Assembly: GCA_951406725.2 (NCBI GenBank)
Contig: OX597835.1
Span: 22,444,001 to 22,508,000 of the forward strand
DNA length: 64,000 nucleotides
Source of the DNA: Octopus vulgaris
Taxonomy: Eukaryota
Reading direction: 5' to 3'
The notes beneath the pieces are model-generated. The model was not told the origin of the DNA. It did no database searches and saw nothing but the letters and a program-made list of their open reading frames with translations. A program made the position numbers and the translations under genes. This document shows, one piece after another, positions 1 to 13,261 of the stretch (the first letter of the stretch is position 1; each line of letters opens with the position of its first letter).

Positions 1-451
1 TTTAACTGTCCTTTTTTTGTTCCCAACTTTAACCCTCCGCAAATCCCAAATTTTATTTAATTTGCTTTGCGGAAACGACTGTCCTAACGTTCGCGATGCG
101 GAGTAGATAAAACAGTGGACAACTGATGAAGGATTTGTTCTTTATGTTGCCTGCCTCGCTTTTCTATTTGTTTCTTTCGATGTCCGCAAAAAAGTTCGTT
201 TTCCTTGTTTTTGTATTTCATGTTCTTGTTTTTCATGTTGTTCACTTTTTTTTGACGTCCTGTAGCCAATATATGCATATGTATATACATATATATATAT
301 ATGTAAGTATGTGCATGTATATGCTTATATATATTATTTATATTATATATATATACGTTTATATATATATACAGATATATACATATATATATATATAAAC
401 AATGACACTAATGGATTGCGGTTCGCTACACCTGTTTCAGGCGTGTTCTTT

Positions 452-508
<57 letters not shown>

Positions 509-748
509 AATCAGTTTAAAACTAAAGCTTCTTAGTTCGCGTCCGGTGTGGTACAATGTTGTACATCGATGAATAAGGCATTTCGTGACGACCAATGATG
601 AAATCAAAGCAAAACATGATGTTAATACTACGAAAAATTCAAATAGAATTCAACAAATAATATTTAAGCATTTAGACATTTCGAAAATAAAACATACAAG
701 AATTCGCATATTAGTTATAATAATCCATTTTTTTTTCTTAATTTATAG

Positions 749-948
749 GCAAAATAATAACTGGCAGAATTGTTAAACCTGGGGAAAAGAAGACCTATGA
801 ATTTTTCGTCCCTAAACTCAGTGATTCAGATCCGATGTGTAAAGTGTTTCTTTATCAATCTTCGGTGAATCACGTGAGAGATTTAAACTCAGGTCTCATT
901 GGTCCATTACTTATTTGCAAGCGTATCAGTCAATATATCAGACCACAT
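749..948 (+). CDS. Ceruloplasmin/hephaestin-like multicopper oxidase, internal exon (cupredoxin domain 3 end); upstream exons lie outside the window
   Basis: tttatag|GC...CAT|gtaagt; translates KIITGRIVKPGEKKTYEFFVPK..DPMCKVFLYQSSVNHVRDLNSGLIGPLLICK. Confidence 0.88.
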
Positions 949-1685
949 GTAAGTATTTATTTTAACATATTATTTCAAAATGCATGTACACCTTTGAAAA
1001 CTTCATGTCAGTTCAGAGTTGTCCTACTTTGTACCTACCACTGAAGAGAGAAAACAGAAATGAAAATGCATCTACCAGATCATAGAGGGCGCTCTGGAAA
1101 GACTTTGGTGTTCTTAATACCCTTTTGACTAAAGCGGGAATTTTTCGCCACAGCAGGCCGTAGTGAAATAATCTTTTTACAGGTCAAATATGACCCAGAC
1201 ATATTTGAATTGATCCAAAGTGTATGTGTGTGCGCGTGTGTGTCTGTTTGTACATACATACTCACACACATGCACACACACACATACACACACTCACTCA
1301 CATACATACATACAGGTAGGTAGGTAGGTAGGTAGGTAGGTATGTGTATGGGCGGATGTTCGTTTATGATGGTCGAAAGAAAGAAAAGTACTCAATGCAT
1401 GTTGTAGAGTATATTATTTTTTTAGTGAATCTGAAACTAGGAATTTGTTTCACAAATAATTCACACCACAGCAATACGTTCTCCCCTCAAGATCGCAATG
1501 GCGTGATACTCGTGTCACGAGACACTGTCAGCTTCAATTTCAACAAATAATCTATATATGTGTATGTATGTATGTAAAACTATGTGTAACCATATGATAT
1601 ATATATATATATATGTGTGTGTAACCATAGGATATATATATATATATATATACATATATATAGATAGATAGATAGACAGACAGAC

Positions 1686-1720
<35 letters not shown>

Positions 1721-1725
1721 CAGAC

Positions 1726-1766
<41 letters not shown>

Positions 1767-1772
1767 CATACA

Positions 1773-1803
<31 letters not shown>

Positions 1804-1817
1804 TCTCTCTTTTTTTT

Positions 1818-2212
1818 TTTACTTGTTTCAGTCAGTTGACTGCGGCCGTGCTGGAGCACCGCCTTTAGTCGAGCAACTCGACCCCGGGACTTATTCTTTG
1901 TAAGCCCAGTACTTATTCTATCGATCTCTTTTGCCGAACCGCTAAGTGACGGGGACATAAGCACACCAGCATCAGTTGTCAAGCAATGCTGGGGGGACAA
2001 ACACAGACACACAAACATACACGCAAACATATATATATATACATATATACGACGGGCTTCTTTCAGTTTCCGTCTACCAAATCCACTCACAAGGCTTTGG
2101 TCGGCCCGAGGCTATAGTAGAAGACACTTGCCCAAGGTGCCACACAGTGAGACTGAACCCGGAATCACGTGGTTAGGAAGCAAGTTTCTTAGAACACAGA
2201 GACGCATGCTCC
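1818..2212 (-). mobile_element. SINE family A copy (tRNA-like head, internal TA/TG microsatellite)
   Basis: Reverse complement of the family exemplified by 11019-11450. Confidence 0.8.
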
Positions 2213-2269
2213 TATGAAAATGCCATTAAAAAATTCTTTTAACTTTTTTTTTTCTATTTCTTCATTTAG

Positions 2270-2423
2270 CTCCTTCGGAACCATCTTGAATATTTCCTCC
2301 TCTTTAATACATTTGATGAGAATCTATCATGGTATTTGGATCAAAACATACAGAAATTTGCCAAAGATCCACAAGGAGTTGACATTACAAATGAGGATTT
2401 CGCAGAGTCAAATAAAAAACATG
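2270..2423 (+). CDS. Ceruloplasmin/hephaestin-like exon (domain 4 start)
   Basis: tttag|CTC...CATG|gtaagt; EYFLLFNTFDENLSWYLDQNIQKF..EDFAESNKKH, a typical ceruloplasmin motif; phase matches neighbouring exons. Confidence 0.88.
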
Positions 2424-2757
2424 GTAAGTATAACGAAGGAACTACACCGAAGTTAAATAACGTGGACGCAATTAGTTGGCAGTGTGGTAAGACATTTGCT
2501 TCCGAACCACATGGTTCCGAGTTCAGTCCCACTGCCTGGCACCTTGGGTAGATGTCTTCTACTATAGCCTTGGGAGTCGATTTGGTAGAAGGAAAATGAA
2601 AACCCATCTTGTGTGTGTATACACGTGTATATATATGTGTGCGTGCGTGCGTGTGTGTGTGTATGTGTGTGTGTGTAAATAAGATAGTAGTACAACAGTG
2701 CACCAATATTTACAGAAATTAGCAGTTGATAATATACGACACTATAGTAAAGCTTCA

Positions 2758-3220
<463 letters not shown>

Positions 3221-3846
3221 ATAGAAATGGTAAGACAACAAAAGAATGAAAGAGACCTCGATATTATGTAAATAGAGGAATTTATCTGTAAATGTAATAT
3301 GTAATCGGTAGCTATGATAAAACTCTGAGTTTCGGATGTCGGGGCGGAAACCCACGCCGCCAGCTCTTCAATTATCCAGCAAAGTTGTTGAGTTAAACGA
3401 CAGCAACAATAATCTTTTCTGCGATATGCACAAGGCCTGAAATTTGAGATGAGGGGTTAAGTCGATTACATCGACACCGGTACTCAACTGGTACTTAATT
3501 TATCGACCCCGAAAGAGTGAAAGGCAAAGTCGACCATGGCAGAATTTAAACACAGCGGTAGATTAAATACCACTAAGCATTTCACTCTGCGTGCTAACGA
3601 TTCTGATAGCTCGCCGCCTTGCTGACTTTTTGTTTTTGTACGTACCTGTGGTGTGTGTCACACTTACTTCAATGGAAGAGGTAGAAAGGTTGAAAGGTTG
3701 AAAGGAGAGGTACAAAGAAAAGGGGAAATAAAAGGTGTTAAGCAGAGGAAGTATAGTTGAAGTGAGAGGTAAAGCGGCAGAGAGGAGGAAGCAATAGGGA
3801 ATGAGAGAGAGTGGGGGGAGCGAGAAACTGATAGCGCTGAGAGAGG

Positions 3847-3990
<144 letters not shown>

Positions 3991-4001
3991 TAATAATAAT
4001 G

Positions 4002-4038
<37 letters not shown>

Positions 4039-5150
4039 GGACTGGATGCTGCGACTTGTGTGCGAACACGAAAGCAGCAAAAAGCTACATTCTATTGTCA
4101 AGGAAGCTTATAAGTTCGAAAGGGAACTAGACATTAACCTTGAATCAGATGAAGAGCCGGAAACCACTGCTACCAAGCAAGCAAAGCGAATCAAGCAGAC
4201 TGCAAAAAAGAACGGGCAGAATCAAATTGAGAGGCGGTGGAGCCAGAAGCCCCTGCATGGACAATATATTCTCCGAAGCCAAAATGCTGATGTAGACCAA
4301 GCAACAACCCATCAGTGGCTGAAGAGCTCTGGATTGAAAGCAGAGACTGAAGGTTTCATAATGGCAGCACAAGATCAAAGCTTGTTTACCAGAAATTACC
4401 AGGCTAACGTTCTCCGAAACGATACTGACCCTAAATGCAGATTCTGCGACACATTTGACGAAACGATAGACCATCTCGTTTCGGGATGTCCTGTGCTGAC
4501 ACCAAACGAATACAAAAATCGCCACGATAGGGTAGGACAGTATATACATTGGAAGATATGTAAACACTACAAATCCGACACTCCTGCTAACTGGTATGAA
4601 CACTATCCTCAGCCAGTTGTTGAAGGTAAAGATGTCACCATCCTCTGGGATTTTCCAGTCAACACTGACAGAACGATCAAGGCTAATCGACCAGACAATT
4701 GTTAAAGACAGGGAAGAAAATACCTGCAGACTAATAGAAGTAAGCGTCCCCACTGATAAAAATGTATCTGTCAAGGAATTTGACAAACTTAGTAAATATA
4801 AGGACCTGGAAATCGAAATACAGAGGATGTGGAATCTTAAAACAAAAACTGTTCCCGTTATTGTAGGTGCCCTAGGTATGATAAAAAAGGGATGTCAGAA
4901 ACACCTAGACAATATCCCTGGAAAACCATGTCGCAAGGAAATCCAAAAGATTGTGCTAACAAGTACTGCCCACATCCTTAGAAAAACCCTATCAATGTAA
5001 ATGTTTGTGTTTGCATTACATGGAGATATATCTCTACTTCCCCTCCCCAAGCTTTCAGCTATATTTCAACAACTCTTAACCTTCACTTGCCCTAGGGCGC
5101 TGGGTGTGCCCCGGCAGGTGATTGCATCAAACATGCAGATTAAAAGTAAA
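4039..5150 (+). mobile_element. 5'-truncated R4/Dong-clade non-LTR retrotransposon (restriction-like endonuclease type), frameshifted near 4700
   Basis: PLHGQY, AAQDQ, CRFC..ETIDHLVSGC zinc knuckle, RHDRV, ANRPD / EKxxKY-like (DKLSKYKDL) and VPVIVGALG RLE motifs; (TAA)n on both sides. Confidence 0.85.
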
Positions 5151-5215
5151 TGACAATGATAATAATAATAATAATCATAATTATAATAATAATAATAATC
5201 ATAATAATAATAATC

Positions 5216-5246
<31 letters not shown>

Positions 5247-5275
5247 TGATGATGATGATGATGATAATAATAATA

Positions 5276-5387
<112 letters not shown>

Positions 5388-5429
5388 AGATAATATTTTT
5401 TCTCTAAATTAATTTTTCATGTATTTCAG

Positions 5430-5642
5430 GTATCAACGGGTTGGTATATGCTAATCTACCCGGATTAAATATGTGTGTAGGAGACCGAGTTGACTGGTAT
5501 GTGATGTCGTTCGGAAACGAACAGGATGTACATTCGCCATATTTCCACGGACATACCTTCCAACAGGAAAACTTCAGAGAAGACACAAGCAACTTAATTC
5601 CAGCTCAGTCGTGGACTTTGCAAATGACAACCCAAAATCCAG
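5430..5642 (+). CDS. Ceruloplasmin/hephaestin-like exon (domain 4)
   Basis: ttcag|GT ATC AAC GGG...CCA G|gtaaag; INGLVYANLPGLNMCVGDRVDWYVMSFGNEQDVHSPYFHGHTF. Confidence 0.92.
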
Positions 5643-7109
5643 GTAAAGCAAACGAAATAAAACGAAACAAAAAAAAATCACATATAATGTCCCCCTCACG
5701 TTCTCACATTTACTAGCTGTAACGGTGGTGGTGGTGGTGGTGGTGGTGGGTTTGGTGGTGGTGGTGGTGGTGGTGGTGGTGGTGGTGGTGGGTTTGGTGG
5801 TGGTGGTGGTGGGTTTGGTGGTGGTGGTGGTGGTGGTGGTGGTGGTGGTGGTGGAGGTGGAGGTGGAGGTGGTGGTGGTGGTGATGGTGTCGGGGGTGTC
5901 GGTGGTGGTGGTGGTGGTAACGGCGGTGGCGGTTGAGGGGGGAGGAGTGGCTGAAGTGGAGGGGTGACTGAGGTGGAGGGCTAGCTGAGATTGAGGAGAG
6001 GCTGAGGTGGAGGGGTGGCTGAGGTGGAGGGATAGCTGAGGTGGAGGATTGCGAGGGCGGTGGCATTGATGGTGCCTGGAATATTTTCGATTCGACAAGC
6101 CAGAAAATTTCTGTTAACTACAAAAATGCCAACACATCCCCACCCCTTTACCATTTTTTATTCTTTATTTTGTGAGAAATCCATTACATTAAAGTGCTAG
6201 CGACAGGTTCCGGTTGTGTAAATAATCTGCGGTACTATGTTACACCGCTAAAACCTTAAGCAATATGTTCGTAGATAGTCGATGGGTTGGATGTAGCACT
6301 GACGAAAGAACAATGACTCTTGAAATGTGTATATACACCCATTGCCTATTTTCTATATTCGATCGCATTGTTTACATAGACATATTCGTATATGGAACGT
6401 CATAACTTTCAGTGCATCCTCTGAATTCTTTAGAAAATATAATGCCTTATTCAGTAAGTTGTGGATCGGCAAAGGTTGGAAGCCATTGATATAGAGAAAT
6501 CGGGTGCACTCCACTAATCGTTATTTAAATAATATACTTTTCTACTTCTGGCACAAGACCTGAAATTTGGAGGGGGGCAGTCGATTAGATCGAGCCCAGT
6601 ACTCAACTGGTACTTAATTTATCGACCCCGAAAGAATGAAAGGCAAAGTCGACCTCGGCGGAATTTGAACTCAGAACGTAATGGCAGACGAAATACCTAT
6701 TTCTTTACTGCCCACAAGGGGCTAAACACAGAGAGGACAAACAAGGACAGACAAACGGATTAAGTCGATTACATCGACCCCAGTGCGTAACTGGTACTTA
6801 TTTAATCGACCCCGAAAGGATGAAAGGCAAAGTCGACCTCGGCGGAATTTGAACTCAGAACGTAACAGCAGACGAAATACCGCAAAGCATTTCGCCCGGC
6901 GTGCTAACATTTCTGCCAGCTCATCGCCTATTATTTAAATAATATAATTCCACAATGAACAAAACGTCGAAGAGCTGTCGTTATCCCTAATTGTCAAATT
7001 TTTTTCTACTCATTACAGCACAATCAAGTCTGTTACGGATTTTTGTTTTTGTTATTGTTTCTGATCAGTTCCTACGTCTTTTTTTTTTTTTTTCTATTTA
7101 TCATTTCAG

Positions 7110-7317
7110 GCCGCTGGCTCCTTGAATGTCGAACTACGATTCACTTCAAAGAAGGCATGAGGGCATTTTACAACGTTAAAAAATGTAATAATGCTCGAAA
7201 ATTGCGTCGCAAAACGAATATTCGTCGTTATTTTATCGCAGCAGAAGAATTAAGGTGGGATCATGCCCCGAAAAAGAGAAGTATAGTCACTGGTAACGAC
7301 TTGAATAATGAAGACGA
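7110..7317 (+). CDS. Ceruloplasmin/hephaestin-like exon (domain 4 type-1 Cu ligands, domain 5 start)
   Basis: ttcag|GC CGC TGG...GA|gtaagt; GRWLLECRTTIHFKEGM (C-x4-H-x4-M) and RRYFIAAEELRWDHAP. Confidence 0.92.
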
Positions 7318-7544
7318 GTAAGTATTGTCATGAGTATACTCTTTTACTCTTTTACTCTTTTACTTGTTTCAGTCATTTGACTGCGGCCATGCTGGAGCAC
7401 CGCCTTTAGTTGAGCTTATTCTTTGTAAGCCCAGTACTTATTCTATCGGTCTCTTTTGCCGAACCGCTAAGTGACGGGGACATAAACACACCAGCATCGG
7501 TTGTCAAGCAATGCTAGTGGGACAAACACAAACACACACACACA

Positions 7545-7575
<31 letters not shown>

Positions 7576-7789
7576 TAGAAAAATTGAGGTAATCAGATCA
7601 GATGGTTCATATTTGTAGATATTTATTTATATATTACATTTTTTACATATATATCATATCATTCGGATTAGCGCTTGCTCCCATTCTAGTGGGTTTTCAA
7701 ATCAAATCAGTTGTGGGTAGTTTGAACCTTTTTATAGTTTCGTAGTAGTGGGTGAGGAGGAAGTGAGACAGAGAGAAAATATGTGTGTA

Positions 7790-7831
<42 letters not shown>

Positions 7832-9116
7832 CGACAGGCTTCTTTCAGTTTCCGTCTACCAAATCCACTCACAAGGCATTGGTCGGCCCGGGGCTATAGT
7901 AGAAGACACTTGCCCAAGATGCCACGCAGTGGGACTAAACCCGGAACCATGTGGTTGGTTAGCAAGCTACTTACCACACAGCCACCTCTGCGCGTATGTG
8001 TATATGTTTGTGTGAATTAGTTGAAGACGAGTTATTATATTAGTTAATCAAAGCGGGAAATTTTCAACCAGTTTCTCCAGGTATATTTGGTGACTGAGAG
8101 AAATTTTTATTTCTATATACCTCGGAGTATTCTTGCTTTTGTGCATGCACACAAGGATTGCCAAAACAGTTATAAGCTCAGTTGGCAAATTTGCTTAACC
8201 GAAAATAATTCAAAAGTTCTAGATCTATAACATTGATTTTACATGGTTCCAGATTCAGTTCAACTACGTGGCACCCTGGGCACGTGTCTTCTACTCTAGC
8301 CTCGGGCCAGCCAAACCTTTGTGAGTGGATTTGGTTGACGGAAATTGAATGAAGCCTTTTTAGTACATATAGTGTGTTTGTGTGTGTGCGTTTGTGTGTG
8401 TTTCTGTCTATGTTTGTACCCTGCCACTGTTTGACACAAGTGTTGGTATGTTTGCGTCCTTTTTTCTTAGCGGTTCAACAAAACAGACCGATAAAATAAG
8501 TACTTTAAAAAGATAAGTCCTAGCGTCGATTTATTCGACTAAAAAACCTTCAAAACAGCGCTCCAGCATGGCTGCAATCAAAAGATTGAAACAAGTAAAA
8601 GAAATGCGTTATAAGATGTGAATTTTTTTTTTTTTTAAGTCAGAATTATATAAAACCTTTTGGAAAGAAGCATTCGTTATATCGCTTTCGCTGTTTACAG
8701 CTTTTCAAACTCTCGTGTTATGGGATTATCTGTATAAAATAATTTTTTTTTCTAGCAGTATAGACCATTTTCGGTTTAGTTTCACATTTAAAATTCTTAC
8801 AAAGTGCTCTTCTTTTGCCTTTCGTAGTTGATCATTTCCTTCGTTTATTTTGAAACTTCCATGTACTCAAATGCCGTATAATATTCCTAAGAGAAAAATC
8901 TATGATTTGTTGTTTAGGTACTCTAATGCGATCTACAAATTTTGAACCTGTTTCATCGATGTAATTCTCATTACATTTTGAGTATATGATGCTGCAAACG
9001 AGACGTTTTGCAGGGTGGAGTTTGCAAAATTATATTTGCATTAATCTTCAATTCCTTCACATTCGTGAAATTTTTTTCTGTTCAATTATTTGAAATGTCC
9101 TACATACACATTACAC

Positions 9117-9500
9117 TGGAAGCACTCCGTCGGTTACGACGATGAGGGTTCCGGTTGATCCGAATCAACGGAACAGCCTGCTCGTGAAATTAACGTGTAA
9201 GTGGCTGAGCACTCCACAGACACGTGTACCCTTAACGTAGTTCTCGGGAATATTCAGCGTGACACAGAGAGTGACAAGGCCGGCTCTTTGAAATACAGGT
9301 ACAACAGAAACAGGAAGTAAGAGTGAGAGAAAGTTGTGGTGAAAGAGTACAGCAGGGATCACCACCATCCCTGCAGGAGCCTCGTGGAGCTTTAGGTGTT
9401 TTCGCTGAATAAACACTCACAACGCCCGGTCTGGGAATCGAAACCGCGATCCTATGACCGCGAGTCCGCTGCCCTAACCACTGGGCCATTGCGCCTCCAC
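9117..9500 (-). mobile_element. SINE family C (tRNA-derived head GTGGAGGCGCAATGGCCCAGTGGTTAGG)
   Basis: Nearly identical to 40336-40718; TSD ACACATTACAC. Confidence 0.85.
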
Positions 9501-9564
9501 ACACATTACACACACACATTTGCATGTAGGCGTGTGTGTTTATATGTATGCATGTTTATATGCA

Positions 9565-9613
<49 letters not shown>

Positions 9614-10036
9614 GGAAAGTTTACGAAAATAAACAAAAGACGAAGGCAGGTGGAGTACAAACAAACAAATGTATTAGTATAGCGCTCAGGAATAGAAAAA
9701 GTCTTTTACGTTTCGAGCCTACGCTCTTCTACAGAAAGATACACAGAAAAAAAAACAAAGAAAGAAACAAGGAGAGAAAAAATATATATATACACGACGG
9801 GCTACTTTCAATTTCTGTCAACCAAATTTGCTCACAGGGCTTTAGTCGGCCCGAGGCTTTAACTAGAAGACACTTATCCAAGGTGCCACGCAGTACACCT
9901 GAATCAGGATCCACGTGAATAGGAAGCAAGCTTCTTACCACATAGCTACACCTGTAAAAGATAATTTATTTTCATACCATGCTTTTGTGTTAGTAAATAT
10001 GTATTTTTCATACACACGCACACACACGCGCAGGCA

Positions 10037-10093
<57 letters not shown>

Positions 10094-10176
10094 ACGAACT
10101 CACTTGGTTAAGGGGGATGAGATTAGAAACTTAATTACAAATTCTTTGTTGTTGAATAAAGCGCCCAGCAATGGAC

Positions 10177-10600
10177 GACTCTTTACTCTTTACTCTTTTA
10201 CTTGTTTCAGTCATTTGACTGCGGCCATGCTGGAGCACCGCCTTTAGTCGAGCAAATCGACCCCGGGACTTATTCTTTGTAAGCCCAGTACTTATTCTAT
10301 CGGTATCTTTTGCCGAACCGCTAAGTGACGGGACGCAAACACACCAGCATCGGTTGTCAAGCAATGCTAGGGGGACAAACACAGACACACAAACATATAC
10401 ACACACACTTATATATATATATACATATATACGACAGGCTTCTTTCAGTTTCCGTCTACCAAATCCACTCACAAGGCATTGGGCGGCCCGGGGCTATAGC
10501 AGAAGATACTTGCCCAAGGTGCCATGCAGTGGGACTGAACCCGGCACCATGTGGTTGGTTAGCAAGCTACTTACCACACAGCCACTCTTTCGCCACTCCT
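10177..10600 (-). mobile_element. SINE family A copy
   Basis: Reverse complement of 11019-11450 including the (GAGTAAA)n-like tail. Confidence 0.85.
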
Positions 10601-11018
10601 GCATCAACATTCCATAAAATGAGTTTACAGAGGAAAATAATTAACAATATCATTGCATGTGACAACGAGGAAAGTATCAGGTGGTCGTTGGATGAGCTAG
10701 AAACAACAGCTATGCCACCCTTAAATCACACACCTTTTCGTCTGAGCATTATTTTGAAATTATGGAGAGAAACAAATTTCATATTTGGACCGTCCGTATT
10801 TTAACCATCAAGGTTTCTCCCATCTTTTTTTTTTTAATGGCCAAAATCGGTACTGAATGTGAGAGGGGGGTGAAAAATTCATAAATTTTCAAACCTTTAT
10901 TTTTCATAAAAAGCTTCTTCCCACCCAACCACTCCCTATCATTTGCAAAGGTTTAGTGGGGAAAAAATTTGAAAAATCCCCGTCAAAATGAAAAAAAATC
11001 TATATGAATGTGATACTC

Positions 11019-11190
11019 AGGCGCAGGAGTGGCTGTGTGGTAAGTAGCTTGCTTACCAACCACATGGTTCTGGGTTCAGTCCCACTGCATGGCACCTTGG
11101 GTAAGTGTCTTCTACTATAGCCTTGGGCCGACTAAAGCCTTGTGAGTGGATTTGGTAGACGGAAACTGAAAGAAGCCCGTCGTATATATG

Positions 11191-11223
<33 letters not shown>

Positions 11224-11450
11224 CTATATGTTTGTGTGTCTGTGTTTGTCCCCCCACCATCGCTTGACAACCGATGTTGGTGTGTTTACGTCCCCGTCAC
11301 TTAGCGGTTCGGCAAAAAGGTACCAATAGAATAAGTACTGGGCTTACAAAGAATAAGTCCCGGGGTCGATTTGCTCGACTAAAGGTGGTGCTCCAGCATG
11401 GCCGCAGTCAAATGACTGAAACAAGTAAAAGAGAGTAAAAGAGTAAAGAG
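11019..11450 (+). mobile_element. SINE family A, full-length exemplar; more than 15 full or partial copies in the window
   Basis: GGCGCAGGAGTGGCTGTGTGGTAAG (A box) and GGTTCAGTCCC (B box), GGCACCTTGGG(C/T)AAGTG core, tail GAAACAAGTAAAAGAG. Confidence 0.88.
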
Positions 11451-11539
11451 TCAGAAAGTCTGCCATGGCATTCTATTGCGAAAATTGCCTGACAACATCG
11501 GAGTACTCAACCAGTATATAACGTTTTGTATTTTCTCAG

Positions 11540-12156
11540 GGATGGCAACATTTATATCCGTCATAACCAATACTTCATCGGTTCCGTATACAAGAAAGCT
11601 CTGTTTCGCGAATATACAGACGAGAAATTCGACCAAAGAGTTGTGAGAGACAGCAGCGATGTACATCTTGGAGTCATGGGGCCAATAATAAGAGCTGAGG
11701 TCGGAGAAACTATTGAGGTGTATTTCAAGAACAAGGCGTCCAGACCATATTCTATGCTTCCCCATGGGTTATATTTTCAGAATGAGGAAGATGGAGAACT
11801 TTATAATGCAAGTAATCCAACTGCTGCTTCTAAAGTAATGCCCAACAGTACTTTTAAATATACTTGGAGGGTTCCAGCAAGTTCTGGACCAAGTGCTAAA
11901 GACCCCAACTGTATTTCATGGCATTACATTTCGGCTGTGGACCCAATTAAAGATGTCTACAGTGGATTGATTGGTCCGATAATTATTTGTCGAAAAGGTA
12001 TTTTGAATAATAACGAGAAAAGAAAGGACGTCGATAAAGAATTTGTGTTCTTGTTTTGGGTTTTGGACGAGAACCAAAGTTGGTATTTCAAAGACAACAT
12101 CAACTATTATGCTCCAGATAGAAAGAAGATATCTGGTGACGAGGACTTCGAGGAAA
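11540..12156 (+). CDS. Ceruloplasmin/hephaestin-like exon (domain 5 and domain 6 start)
   Basis: ctcag|G...A|gtaagt; [52 protein letters not shown]. Confidence 0.95.
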
Positions 12157-12353
12157 GTAAGTGAAGTAGTACTATCTTATATAACACATGCAATGTGTGT
12201 GTGCGTGCGTGTGTATGTGTGTCTGTGTGTACGTGCGTGTGTGTACGTGCGTGCGTGTACGTACGTGTGTGTACGTACGTGTGTACGTACGTGTGTGCAC
12301 GTACGTGAGTGTACGTACGTGTGTGTACGTGCGTGCGTCCATGCACCCGTGTG

Positions 12354-12354
<1 letters not shown>

Positions 12355-12425
<71 letters not shown>

Positions 12426-12442
12426 TAGATAGATAAACACAC

Positions 12443-12529
<87 letters not shown>

Positions 12530-12534
12530 GACAC

Positions 12535-12609
<75 letters not shown>

Positions 12610-12612
12610 GAC

Positions 12613-12710
<98 letters not shown>
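12355..12710. repeat. (GATA)n microsatellite
   Basis: Direct reading. Confidence 0.95.
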
Positions 12711-12949
12711 GGATGTCCTGCCTGTGTAATGGGAATGTTGTTGTTAGTCATAGTTTTCATAATGTGAGGAAGATTATGTGTGTAGACTATTACCGCACTA
12801 AAGTCTAATTGAGTTTTCAAATATTTCTATTAACCTTCATCGTTATATTAACAAATGTATATCGAACAAATTGATGGAACAACGTCCAACGAGCGTCATG
12901 CTTAGGAATCTTCTGTACGTATATAATTTGCTAGATATCATTATGCATG

Positions 12950-13015
12950 TAGTGTAGTGGTTATCACATCTGCTTAACACGCAGATGGTCGTGAGTTCGA
13001 AACTCGCTGGAACCT
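12950..13015 (+). pseudogene. 5'-truncated tRNA-Val(AAC) copy
   Basis: D arm GTGTAGTGGTTATCAC, anticodon stem TCTGC/GCAGA with AAC at 12976-12978, T arm GTGAG-TTCGAAA-CTCGC, 3' acceptor strand TGGAACC; the complementary 5' strand GGTTCCA is absent. Confidence 0.8.
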
Positions 13016-13030
13016 CAAATGACTTTTTTA

Positions 13031-13261
13031 AGGCGGCGAGCTGGCAGAATCGTTAGCACGCCGGGCGAAATGCGTAGCCGTATTTCGTCTGCCGCTACGG
13101 TCTGAGTTCAAATTCCGCCGAGGTCGACTTAGCCTTTCATCCTTTCGGGGTTGATAAATTAAGTACCAGTTACGCACTGGGGTTCATCTAATCGACTTAA
13201 TCCCTTTGTCTGTCTTTGTTTGTCCCCTCTATGTTTAGCCCCCTGTGGGCAATAAAGAAAT
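13031..13261 (+). mobile_element. SINE family B exemplar (other copies near 3415, 6540-6929, 23300, 24625, 34239, 37804, 46181, 48809, 52691, 54791, 59497)
   Basis: GGCGGCGAGCTGGCAGAA head, GAGTTCAAATTCC B box, CCTTTCATCCTTTCGGGG..GATAAATTAAGTACC central domain resembling the Meta domain. Confidence 0.85.

Noticed and set aside
5723-6060. Thr/His-rich mucin-like ORFs
   Set aside because: (GGT)n microsatellite and a degenerate G-rich repeat inside an intron.
9165-9416. Near-identical 83-aa ORF repeated at 40383-40634, and recurring SINE ORFs such as RQASFSFRLPNPLTR
   Set aside because: Incidental frames within multi-copy SINEs.
12943-13015. Functional tRNA-Val gene
   Set aside because: The 5' acceptor strand does not pair with TGGAACC; it is replaced by target-site sequence.
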